From Ginglymostoma cirratum (Eukaryota), in NCBI GenBank assembly GCA_024137785.1, contig JAHRHZ010000078.1, forward strand, positions 20,003,462 through 20,067,461: a stretch of DNA of 64,000 nt, given 5' to 3'. A program made the translations under genes and the position numbers. How positions within the stretch are numbered: position 1 is the first letter of the stretch; the number at the start of each line of letters is the position of its first letter. Under the pieces are notes generated by a model. That model ran no database searches and was not told where the DNA came from. It saw only the letters and a program-made list of their open reading frames with translations. Positions 36,878-48,945 of the stretch are shown here, in pieces.

Positions 36878-38310
36878 CATAAGAGTCCTACAGCACGGAG
36901 ACAGGCCCTTCAGTCCAAACTGGTCCATGGCAACCAAAATGTCCATCCACGCTAACCCCATTCTTCTGCACTCGGCTCTTATCCTTCTAAATCTTTCCTA
37001 TCCACGTATTCGCCCAAATGCCTTTTAAATGTTGTTAATGTTCCCACCTCAACCACTTCCACTGGCAGCTCATTCCAAATGCGTACTGCGGTCTGTGTAA
37101 AAAAAGTTGCCCCTCAGGTTCCCATGTATTCTTTCCCCTCTTACCTTAAACTGACGCCCTCTAGTCCTTGATTCCCCAACCTGGGAAAAAGACTGAGTGC
37201 ATTCACCCTATCCATACCTCTCATGATCATATACAGTTATACAAGATCTCCCCTTAGTCTGCTATGCCCTATGTTATTGTCATCCGCAAACTTACTAATC
37301 ATGCCTTGTACATTCTCATCCAAATCACTGATATAGATAACAAACAGCAATGGGATCAGCACCAACCCAAGGCACACCATTCGTCACAGGCCTCCAGTCC
37401 AACAAGCATCCTTCTACTATTACTCTCTGCTTCCTACCATCAAGCCAATTGTGTAACCAATCTGCCAATTCTCCCTGGATTCCATGCATTCTCACCTTCC
37501 AGAGCAGTCTTCCATGTGGAACCTTATCAAAGGCCTTACTGAAATCCATATAGACTACGACTACAGCCCTGCCTTCATCTACCTTCCTCGTCACTTCATC
37601 AAAGAACTCTAAAATTCATGAGGCATGATCTCCCACTCACAAAGCCATGCTGACTACTTCTAATCTAACCATGTCTTTCCAAATGCATGTGTATCTTATA
37701 CCTCAGAAACTTCTCAAGTAACTTACCTACCACAGATGTTAAGCTTACTGGTCTATAGTTTCCACGTTTTTCTTTGCAGCCCTTCTTGAATAAGGGCACA
37801 ACATTTGAAATCCTCCAGTTTTCCAGGACCTCACCCATGGTTAACGATGATGCAAATATAACATCTATGGACCCCACAATTTCTTCTCTCACCTCTTGCA
37901 AGGATCTTGGATATATCTGATCAGGACCAGGAGATTTATCCACCTTCATACATTTTAATACTTCCAACACCTCTTCTACTGTGATTTAGACTGTTCCCAA
38001 GATATTGTCACTCACTCCCCCAAGTCTTCATGTCTTTCTCCATGGTAAACACGGAGGAGAAATATTTATTGAGAACTTCATCCATCTCCTGCAATTCCTC
38101 ACATACATGTCCACTTTGGTCCTTGAGGGATTCTATTCTCTCTCTAGTTATTCTTTTTCCTTTAATATACTTAAAGAATCTCTTTGGATTCACCCTAATC
38201 TTCTCAGCCAAAGCTATCTTGTGCTGTTTTTGCCTTCCTGATTTCCTTCTTCAGTAAACTCCTGCATTCCCTATATACCTCCAGGGATTTCCTTGATCCC
38301 AGCTGCCTGT
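36878..38310 (-). mobile_element. CR1 LINE, RT domain and 3' end with internal deletions
   Basis: ORFs 37665..37970 (KSPGPDQIYPR...NYRPVSLTSVVGKLLE) and 37325..37594 (VYMDFSKAFDKVPHGRL). Confidence 0.92.
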
Positions 38311-40268
38311 TCCCTGCTCCAAACATGAATGTAAATCAATATTGCTTAGGTTTCTACAAGCTCAAAATTTGGTCTGCTGGGGGTTTGTATCGTTTCGTAT
38401 TCAAACGTGTCTCAAAATTTCTAGGATTTTTTTTTGTTCTAAATTGGACCACTCCTTCTCAATGTGCTTTGATGGAACACTGAAACAATAGCTGTCCTTT
38501 CAGAGTTAGTCAATTCTGCAATTCAGGCAGTGAAATCTAAAAAGCTAGACTTTTGCTTTGAAATGTTCAACTGGACAATACAGTCAACAGTCACAAAGTT
38601 GTTGCTAGACTAACAACACATAACTAATGCTTCAAAAATGGATCTTTCTATCCAGTTCTGTTTGTCTAACAAGCTCTACTTAATCTCAAACCTGTCAAAG
38701 AACCAGCAACACGTCACTGCAACACGTAAGGTCTTCAAACATCAAAGCCAGTCAGGACATTCTCACTTTAAGTCAGTTCTGAAGAACTGCAGTCTCCGGT
38801 TTGTGAGAATAGGTTATAGAGCACACACAAGAACTGTAAAACCAGTTTGAGGTTTAGATAAAATACCAGGTCACATCTTAGAAGTTCTGTAAAGGAACAA
38901 AACAAAGGAAAAGAAAATCCAGAAAGTGCAAGGGATTTCTCTACATGCTCTGAGATACTCTTCAATTTTAGTTAGTTTCAAAGAGCAAGTAAAATGAGAC
39001 TAGTCATAGTTAAAGCTTTTTTATCCCCCATAGCCCAGGGAGTAGGGAGTTCAATCTGTATTCAATACATTCCAATAACTGACTGAACAATGAACCCATT
39101 GCAACCAAATATCTCACAATAAATCACATCACAACTTCTTAAATGTCATAATCATAAATTGCACAAGGGTATTTTAAAAACTACTTTTCTCCCCCGACTG
39201 CAAAAGGTACAAAATGATTTTTTTAATAAAAGAAAAGCGACAACAAATTACGAGAATCACTGACAGAATTGTCTGTTATGTAGGTGAGCCATCACTTCAC
39301 ACCTCTTGGACGTTGCTTGTCAAGTTATTGAACGATGAACTGTGCCACCATCTTTATGCCAGAACAGCAGCTTAGTGAATTGTGAAAGCACAGATTATTG
39401 AAGAACTGAGTGGATAACATCTTCACAGCATCATTTTCAGTGTAATCTTGCTAATCAGCAGGGCAAGAGGGCAAAAGAGAGAAACTTCTATCCAAGAGTA
39501 ATGGTAAGAGATTGATTTTTGGGCTGTGGGAATGTATACAGTGGAGTGCGCCATATTGCAGTGCCTAGGCCATTACTTTTCCTTAAATGTATTAAAAATA
39601 TAGGTGTACAGGGCACTTTTTTAAAATTTTCAGATGACATAATACCTAGAAGTATTGCGTATTATAGACAGTATAGAATCAGAGAGAATATAGGCTGCTG
39701 GAAGGAGTAGAGGCATAGAAACTGAAAATGTGAAGGGGTATATTTCGGCAGGAGGAATGAGGAGATGCAATCTATAATAATAGTTGCAATTCTAAAGCTG
39801 ATAAAGAGGGAGACCTGGGGCCAGATTTTCACTGAGCTGGGATGCCCTGCAGGCACGTAGGAACTGTGGGCCAACCTATTGTGGGTCACCCCTCAATTCT
39901 GGAACTCCCGCCCTCACTGGCTGCACTAATGTACTTTTATAAACACAGCTTTGACCTCTAAAGGAGTTTGTGGTAAGTGTGGTTCTCCTCCTTACATTAG
40001 GAACTTGCTCGCATGTGTGTGAGGCCATGTTAAACAACAGGCTGGACCTCACCTTAACTGGAAGTGCATAGGATGGCACAGAATTCAGCTGAAATGGCTT
40101 GTGATGGAATATCAGATTGATTCACAAGGCCAAGGACAATGTATGAGTCGTATGTTGTCCTTGTAGTCAGGATTGCAAGAAAGCCGGTGAACAAATTCCT
40201 TAAAAGTAGGGTTCGTGTGTACCACAGAAATCAGGTATCATATAGACTAATCAGATCAACCTGATGCC

Positions 40269-40390
40269 GTGTGTGTGTCTGTCTGCGTGTGCGTGTCTGT
40301 CTGTCTGCATGTGTCTGTCTGAGTGTGCATGTCTGTCTGTCTTCAGGCGTATATCTGTCAGTGTCGGCATGTGTGTCTGTGTATGTATGA
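40269..40390. repeat. Imperfect (TG)n/(TCTG)n microsatellite
   Basis: gtgtgtgtgtctgtctgcgtgtgcgtgtctgtctgtctg... Confidence 0.85.
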
Positions 40391-41789
40391 GACACAAAAT
40401 GAATGAAAATACAATGAATTCTCAACATTGATCACTATCCAGTACCAGCTGATGAAAGTGCACACAGATGTCAAGCGAAGCCATGTTTGGAAATTAAGAT
40501 TCCTTTAGTCAAACAGTTGAGCACATAAATGATAAACATAAGATATTGCTGTACAGGATGGTATCAAACCAGAATTCAGCACTTGGCGGTGAGGGGTATA
40601 GGGGCTTGTTATTGCATGAGATGATGATGGGAGAGTGGTGGTATATATGATGGGAGCAGTCGACTAAAGATTCCAAAGGACTGACAGATACTTTGATGGC
40701 CACGACAACCCTGTTGCTTAGGTGTTCCATCATCATTTTTCAAACGGCTAAAGCATTCGTTAACTCTGGTCTGTTATACAGCACTGGATGCTGGTAACAG
40801 AAACTGAGGCTCCCCAGCTCAACATACTACTCCTCTGGAGGCTTCAGACATAGAAGCAAACTGGTATAAATGAGAGTAAGAGTAATTAGGATAAAAATGT
40901 CAACCATTGAATGATTTTTGAAAGGATTCAATGTCAGCAGTGTACGTTGATGAACATTCAATTCAAGATGGAAAGGACGCGAAGTTCTTTCCCCCCCAAT
41001 GATCTCTGTCAACATATAATGCTAACTGTGCTTGTAATGAATTCTGAGTACTTTTAGTTACTCTGTCTCCACGTATATAATCTTTCCATCTCAGCAGAAT
41101 GAAACACACTGATGCTCATTCTAACTCACTTCACCTCAAATGATTCCACAAAAACACATTTTTGCATTTTCAGTGCTAGTTTCTCCTAAATAATGAATGG
41201 TGAAAGGCTGCTAGAGCCATTTATGAACAGCACACTGACAAGTCCATGAACTCATACTTTTTGTGATTAAACAGCTATCATCCAAACTCCTGCAAATTCA
41301 TAACAAAACTGGAATTTGTTCCCATCACTCATCGTAAACCATTTGTAGGATTAATAATTTGATGAATCCTGAAATCCAATCTGAAAACATCAGGCCAAAG
41401 TTCAAGAAACCCACCTATTAAAACAGAATTTTGTACAGCTGCATATCAGCAATAGCAGCTAACCTGGCGAAACGACAAAACTACATGCAAGCTAAGCAGC
41501 ACATATACAATTCTTGCTAAGTTGCTAGAGAGCAATTAAAGACTCTGCAGAGTCCAGAAAACATGAACTTTATTTAAGAAATAGAATTTAAAGCAAGATC
41601 ATGTGACATTACATCATTTTCTGTGGCAGTGTAGGTATTTTGTAACCAACCTACTCAGCGAGGTTATGAAGCCCCTCTGGAACAGGTGGGACTTGAAACC
41701 AGGCCTCCTGGTCCCAAAAGGTGGCGATATTCTCTAGTTGCCTGGATGTGTGCATCCAGGACAAAGAGGCATCTTTGAATATTAACTTA

Positions 41790-42440
41790 AATATTCACTT
41801 CTTCCACCACTGGTACACAATGGCACTAAGACTCGTAGATAGCACATTTCAAACCCACAATCATTACCACCCAGAAGGACAAGGGCAGTAGATACACAAG
41901 AACACTATCACCTACAAGTTACTCTCCAAGCTATGGGCCACCTTGACTTGGGAATATATCGCTGTTCCTTTTCTGTCACTGGTTCAAAATGCTGGAATTC
42001 CAATCCCTAACAATGTTTTGGGTGTATCCATTCCAAATGGACTAAAATGGTTCACCATTACCTTCTCAAGGGGAACTAGGGAAAACGGATAAATTCTGGC
42101 CCAGCTCCTCCCTCAGCAAATTTTAGAAACTACAAGATAAGCAACAGCAACTTGCTTCTTTTTTTGCCTTGGTGATCCCAATCACCTCAAAGATTAAGGG
42201 ACAGCAGGCGTATGGGAACACCGAGACCTGCAAGCTCTCCTCCAAGTCAGTCATCATTCAGACTTGGAAATATATCAGCATTTCTTCATTGTCATTGGTA
42301 TTCCCTCATGAACAGCATACAGCACGTGTGCCTACATCTACAGACTGCAGTGATTCAAGAAAATAGCTCACCACTACCTTCTGAAGGAGAATTAGGAATG
42401 GCAATAAATGATGGTCTAGCCAGGGTCATCCAGTCCCAGG
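41790..42440 (+). mobile_element. Two adjacent 3' ends of the CR1/L2-like LINE family
   Basis: Repeated AAGGxCAGxAG...GAACACC...CCTxCAAG...CTCCAAG...GACTTGGxAATATATC blocks at about 41870 and 42190. Confidence 0.7.
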
Positions 42441-42494
42441 AGGAAATTGCAGCATCATGAGCAATGACCCTGAACATAATTATCAAAGCAGACA

Positions 42495-43215
42495 ATTTTG
42501 TGCAGTTCTGGTCACCCCACTACAGAAGGTTACTATTAAACTGGAGAGAGTTCAGAAAAGATTTACCAAGATGTTGCCAGGATTGAATTATAAGGAGGGG
42601 CTCAATAGGCTGGGACATTTTTCATTGGACCATAGGAGGTTGAGGGGGGAACCTTCTGGAGGTTTGCTGTCAGTTCTGCTATAACACTTGTTTCTTCAAC
42701 GCGAATTGGCTTTAATGTGATTGAAGAATTTAGACCGCTATTTGTAGAATGTGCACTTTCCTCGCCTGTATTGGCTATAACGTGATTCCAGCCCCATTAG
42801 TTTAAATGGCGCAGCTATTGCACAATTTGCTTATAATGCGAGATTGCATGAGAATGGAATATATCAGAACCGACTGTATAAAATCATGACAGGCACAGAT
42901 AAGGTGAGTAGCAATGGTCTTTTCCATAGGGCTGGTGAGTTCAAACTTAGGGGGCATATTTTTAAGGTTAGAGGAGAAATTTTTAAACGGGACATGAGGG
43001 GCTACTTTTTTTTTTTACACAGAGAGTAGTTCCAGTGTTGAATAAACTGCCAGAGGAAGTGGTGGATACAGATGCAGTTACAAAATTTAAAAGACATTTT
43101 TGTAAGGAATTGAATAGGAAACGTTTGAATAAATGCAGGCAAGTGGGACTAGTTTTGTTTGGGAACACGAATGGCATGGACTAGTTGGACCGAAGGACCT
43201 GACTCTATCTACAAT
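42495..43215 (+). mobile_element. CR1 LINE 3' end, interrupted by a MITE
   Basis: IKLERVQKRFTKMLPGLNYKEGLNRLGHFSL...YKIMTGTDKV...RGHIFKVRGE. Confidence 0.85.
42667..42876. mobile_element. Tc1/mariner (Tigger/pogo-like) MITE, 210 bp
   Basis: Terminal inverted repeats CTGTCAGTTCTGCTATA and TATATCAGAACCGACTG; inserted at the TA of the CR1 motif GAGGTTTATAAAATC (flanks TG and TA). Confidence 0.75.
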
Positions 43216-43679
43216 GAACCTGACAGCATCATTTTAGAACAACGACGAAAACCAGCAAAGGACAAGTTTAAACCACATCAAATTTGTGTTAACCTTCACC
43301 AAGGGAGCTCACGGTGGTTTCAATGTGCAGGTCTCGAAGGGCGTAGACTGCGCACAGAATGCCTATAACCCACAGCTGCTTTTGAAATTCATCAAATGTG
43401 CTAGTCCACAAAACGTACAAAAGACCACACTGCCAATTATTGCAAATGAAACAGAAGTTGCAGTCAAGGAGATCTATGGGTGAATGCAAATTCTTATGCA
43501 CAGCAATACAAACAAGCTGTGTCTATCAAATATTCCCAGCAGTGGAGCTGAGAGTTATAGTGCTCTGGAAAATGACAGAAATGGGAAACCCATTTTTTAA
43601 GTAATTTCCAATAATTTGACTTGCTTGCCGGCCTTGTCTATTAACAGTTCCAAAGCTTTTAACATTGACGGCGTGTTAG

Positions 43680-43826
43680 AATCAGAGAGCCCCTGCAGTG
43701 CAGAACCAGAGCACGCAGCAGATACCCATGCAGACTCAGGGCCAAAGTGCAAACTCCCCAAGGCTGGAATCAAACTCAGGCCCCCGGCACTATGAGGCAG
43801 CAGTGCTAACCACCACGCCACCTTAC
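43680..43826 (-). mobile_element. Truncated V-domain SINE
   Basis: Minus strand GGTGGCGTGGTGGTTAGCACTGCTGCCTCATAGTGCCGGGG head. Confidence 0.7.
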
Positions 43827-44609
43827 CAACTAACATTAAACAGTTAAAATGACTGTGCTTAAGACAACTGCCAGCAAACAAAACAAAATAGCCAATTCTT
43901 CTGTCAATAGAGAGCCAGCATGGAACAAATATGTTCAAAAGAACAATTTACCACTCATAGCTTCATCTAACACACAAAAACATATTTTCAAATAAAAGTT
44001 CTGGGATGAGAAAAGCTCATGAGTTAGCCTTTTGAAAATTCCCCAACACGCAAACTTGGCAACAAATTTAAAGTCTCAAACAGCAGATTCAGAGAGAGAA
44101 TGTTCACACCACTGCTGAAGAATGCTTTAGTATTAAATATTACATGAAAATCAGTTCTGTACTTCATTCCGAAATGTAGACACATGCACATAAAGTCATT
44201 TACAATTCAGCAACAGGTTCCTAGTGAGGCTGAGTAGATTAAAATTCAGCAACTAACCTATTGAATATGCCAACTTGTGACCCTGTACTGTAATATTCTG
44301 ATCACAATTATTTTTGCCGCACAGTGTAAATATTATCATCTGAACCAGTGTGCTGTTAAGCAAATCTTGAAATTACACAGGAACGTAAGACATAAGCAGC
44401 AGTAAGCCATTTAGCCTTTTGAGTCTACTCCATAAGTCAATAGGATAACAGCTGATTTCATTGTGGTCTCAGCTCCAATTTCATGCACCCTTAACCCTTG
44501 ACTCTCTTGCCTATTACCCTTGAATAAATTAATAACACGGTGCCACTACTTTGTGTTAGAAAATTCAAAACTCTAATGACTCTCTGAAAGAAAATAAACT
44601 GTGCATATA

Positions 44610-45540
44610 GGGTCCTACATTTTGGTAAGGCAAATCAGGGGAGGACTTATACATTTAGTGGTAAGGACCCGGGCAGTGTTGCCAAACAAAGACATCTTGG
44701 TGTGCAGGTTCATAGTAGCTTGAAAGTGGAGTCGCAGGTAGACAGGATTGTGAAGGCAGCATTTGATGCACTTGCCTTTGCTGGTCACTGCACTGAGTCC
44801 AGGAGTTGGGAGGTCATATTGCAGCTGTACAGGATATAGCTAAGCCGCTTCGGAATACTGCATTCATTACTGGTCTTCCTACATAGGAAAAGGTCAAAAA
44901 TCACATGGCACCAGGTTATTGTTTATTTGAAAACACTAGCTTTCGGAGCATTTCTCCTTCCTCAGGTGGCGTGCAATTTCTGACCTTGTCCAACCCAACC
45001 CAACCCAACACGTACACCTCCACATCATGCTCTAGGAAAGATGTTGTTAAACTTGAAAGGGTTCAGAAAAGATTTGCAATGATATTGCCAGGGTTGGAGG
45101 ATTTGAGCTACAGGGAGAGGCTGAACAGACTGGGGCTATTTTCCCTGGAGAGTCAGAGGCTGAAGGGTGATCTTATAGAAGTTTATAAGATTACGAGGGG
45201 CATGAATACGATGAGCAGACAAGGTTTTTTCCCCCAGGGTAGTGGAGTGCAAATCTAGAGGGCATAGGTTTAAAGAGGAGAGGGGAAAAATTTAAAAGGG
45301 AACTAAAGGGCAACTTCTTCACACAGAGGGTGGTGCATGTATGGAATGAACTGCCAGAGAAATTGATGAAGGCTGGTACAATTACAATATTTTAAAAGGC
45401 ATCTGGATGGGTATATGAATAGGAACGGTTCAGAGGGATATGGACCAAATGGACCTGGATTAATTTAGGTTATCTGGTTGGCATGGACAAGTTAGACAGA
45501 AGGGTCTGTTTCCATGGTGTACATCTCTATGATTCTATAT
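44610..45540 (+). mobile_element. 5'-truncated CR1 LINE nested in an older minus-strand CR1 (about 44390-46890)
   Basis: RKDVVKLERVQKRFAMILPGLEDLSYRERLNRLGLFSLE in ORF 44905..45258; older inverted CR1 sequence on both sides. Confidence 0.85.
44891..45032 (-). mobile_element. PLE-type short insertion with hammerhead core (44934-44968)
   Basis: Minus strand CAC-CTGAGGA-A-GGAG-AAATG-CTCC-GAAA-GC-TA-GTG with stem I CAC/GTG; TAGGAAA duplicated at the junctions. Confidence 0.7.
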
Positions 45541-46321
45541 CTATCTTAAAAGGGAGATCTTTTACTCTAAAAGTATGTGCCCTAGTTCTCATCACCACCA
45601 CAAGAGCAAACACCCACCCAGCGTCTACCCAACACAGCCCCCTCAGGATCTTACATGCTTCAATGGTGTCACCTCTCATTCTTCTAAATTTTCAACGGAT
45701 ATAGGCTACTTATTCATCCTTCCTCCATAAAATAAGCCCTCTATCCCAGAAGGGAGTTGACTGAACCTTCTCTGAACTGTTTCAAAAGCAATTGTACCTT
45801 TATTTCAAATAAGACGACCAAAACCATACACATTAATCCTAATGTGGTCTCACCAACATCCTGCAGTAAAATAAACTCTACTATTTTTTGTTCCATTCTA
45901 CCTGCAATACAGGCCAAAATTCCATTTGTCTTCAGAATCATTTTCTGTGGGAATGTTAACTTTATGTCATTCATGTGCCAGAACACCCAGAGGCCATAGT
46001 ACCACCAAGTTCTACAATCCCTTTCCATCTAAGTAGTACACGGCTTTTCTATTCTTCCTGCCAAATGTATGGTTCACATTATTCTCTATCTCCCAACTTT
46101 TTCTCCCTCACTTAACATATCTTTAACCCTTTAAGGACTTTCCAGCTCCTCTTGCCAAGTTACTTTCCTGTTTCCTTGGTGTATCAGCAAAGATTGCAAC
46201 TGTACATTTGGTCTCTTCGTCCCAGATACAGACTGTACACAGTTGCTAACATAGCAGTTATATCTGTGGTACTTCACTCATTACATTTGCCAATCCAGAT
46301 ATAGAACCATTTGTCACATCA

Positions 46322-46450
46322 CTAATAATGGGTCACTGGACCCGAAACGTTGACTCGGCTTTCTCTCCACAAATGTTGCCTGCTCAGTTTCTCTAACAAT
46401 GTCTATTTTCGTGTCAGATTTCCAGCATCTACAGTTCTTGGTTTCATTTA
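46322..46450 (+). mobile_element. PLE pseudo-LTR fragment in CR1
   Basis: GGGTCACTGGACCC-GAAACGTT...CAGATTTCCAGCATCTACAG; ATCACTA on both flanks. Confidence 0.65.
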
Positions 46451-48389
46451 TCACTATTCTCTGCTTCCTTATTAGCTGACTAATCCTTTATCCACGCTGA
46501 TATGTTACTTCCTACACAATGAGTTTTTACCTTGAGTGGTTTCCTTTGATGTGCCACTTTATCAAATACCTTTGTGGAAATTCAGTGCATCATGTCTACT
46601 GCTTCCCCTCTATCCATTGTGAATATTATTTCATCGATAAGCACTAAAAAAAATTCGTGAATCATTATTTCTTTTTCACAAAGCCAGACTGGCTCTGCCT
46701 GATGATATCATGATGTTTCAACTATCCAGCTTTAACCTCCTTAATAATGGATTCTAGCACTTTCCCAATGAAATACATTAGACTGACTGGTCTACAGGTT
46801 CCTGCTTTCTGCCTCATTCCCTTCTTAAGTCAAGGTAAAAAATTTGTTGTTTTTTAATCCACTGGAAGCCTTCCAGATTCTAGAATTCTGAAAGATTATA
46901 ACCAAAAAGTGTGAGTACAAGTATATTTAACAAACAATACACACATTGATGACATTTTAAATATCTAGTGTGTAAAAGAAAGAGTTTTTATTTACTCATC
47001 TAAGTCCTATGGATACCATTGTACTGAAACTCAAGACTATGACATACTTCAGCATTATCTTACCATTTAAAATAATTACACCAGGAAAGCTCTGCCTATA
47101 ACCTTCATAAAACTTGCATGTTTGCCGAGTAAAATGTATGCAAGTCCAGCTAAGGGCTGGGCATTTCTCCAGGTCTGGATGGTACTGATTAACCAGCGAA
47201 CTTTACTCTTCTGGTTTACAACATCGGAACACCTTGGTGCTGCGTAATGATCTGCCTCCAGCGAAATGTCATCCTGAGTCACCAGTCAATGGAAACAGGA
47301 AATGTAATTTTTCGGATTGAAAATGCTTTTTAAAAAGCGAACAGTCTGCAATTTCTGCTCAAAAGTACTGGTTTGGTCATTGCATGCAATTTTAAATAGG
47401 CACATATCAAAAAAGTTTTAGGATTTGTGTTATTTTCAATTTTCTAAACAACTAACCACTGTGCTTCAATCCAACTAGAAAACAGTTTTGTCTATTTTGG
47501 GAAAGCAATTTTCTGTGATTTAAAATGAAATCAGGTTTTTACTGGTGATGGTTTGACACAATTAAAATACTTATATTCTGTAATAAATCCATTTCAGCAG
47601 CGCTAATCAAACTTTTGCCAAGTTAGTTATCACTCTTCAATACATCAATGAATGCTTCTTGAAATGATTTTTATTCAATTTGATTTTAAAACACTGCACA
47701 ACTGGCTATGGGTCAATTTTGCATTCAGCAGTAAATTTTTAAAAATTCATTCAGAGGATGTGGACACAGCTGACTGGGCCAGCATTTAGTGCTTGTCCTT
47801 AATTGCCCTCAAGAAGGTGGTAGTGAGCTGCCTTGTTGAACCACTGCGGTCCATTTGGTGCAGGGCTGTGGTCTCGAGTAAGAAAAATGTGTACGCTTTT
47901 AACAGGCTGTGTCAGTTTGTTGCACAGTGTTTCAGGTTGATCTAGATAGATTATCCTTGCAGAGTCAAGTAAGTTTTTATGGCCATGCAGACAAATGATT
48001 AAGAAATATACGAGGTACTGATGTGCAAAGCCAGTAAGTTACAGTACTAGAAACAAAGGAGGCTATTCAGCCCATCACAGCCATGTGGACACTACAAAAG
48101 CAGCTCAGCTCATCCCGCTCCTCTGCCCAGTCTCTATAGAGCTGCAGTTTTTCTATCCTTCAGCTGCTTAATTAATAGGTCTGCACAGGATGAAAAAATT
48201 AAAAGGAGAATGTTGCCACATTCCACATCCAATATCCAACCCAGAAGCAAATTCTGACCACAGAAGCTACTTCCCTTGACCCCACATTTGAAAGCAGGCA
48301 GCAACACTCTGGATGTTCCAGATCCAGTGGCCTACCTGCAATGTGTGCAGCAGCAGAGGGACATCAGGAGCTACAGATGAAACAATAAT

Positions 48390-48945
48390 GACAAGTGATG
48401 AACCTGGACCATCTAAAAAGTAACCAAAAAAAAGAAATTTGGCGAGGTGAAGGTCGTTTTCTTTTCTCTCAATTCACAGCAATAGGTGAGACCTCCACTG
48501 AGGCATCATTTCAGGTTTGCCATCTTCTGGCAAAACACAAGAAATTATTCATAGATGGCAAAGTAATTAAAGAAGTAATAACTGTGGCTGTTGACAGCTT
48601 ATTCAAAGACTTCTAAGAACAAAGAAAAAAATAATAACGGCAATTGTCACTTCACGTTTCCACAGGAAATGAGTGGAACCTTTGAAGATATCTTTCAGCA
48701 ACTACAGCAGGACCTGAAGGGCTGTGAATGCTTCTCACTGCAGCTAGCAGCTGATTGTTTTTTTAGTGTGAATGCTTCTTAAGGAAATAACAACCAAAGA
48801 GAATCTTCTCACCCTTTTGCTGCTTAAAGAGTGAACAAGGGTGAGGATATCTGTACTCAAAAGGTACTTGCTTTGAGAAAAACATTCCAATCTAAGGAAC
48901 CTTGGTGAACTTCTGCAGTGAATTGTGCAGGTGATTTGCATTACT
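48390..48945 (+). mobile_element. Decayed hAT (Charlie/SPIN/GTF2IRD2-like) transposase relic
   Basis: TEASFQVCHLLAKHKKLFIDGKVIKE...DSLFKDF, QQLQQDLKGCECFSLQL, ITTKENLL...TRxxDI; multiple stops and frameshifts. Confidence 0.75.

Noticed and set aside
38330-38960. Possible LTR-like repeat
   Set aside because: I could not define termini or a TSD.
42420-42470. HDA-like codons on the minus strand as USP exon 2
   Set aside because: The context does not continue as EFLLWLLD, and it lies at a LINE tail.
516-43826. tRNA-like heads at about 790, 8740, 22830, 29135 and 43790 as tRNA genes
   Set aside because: Each continues into a SINE body; they are SINE heads.
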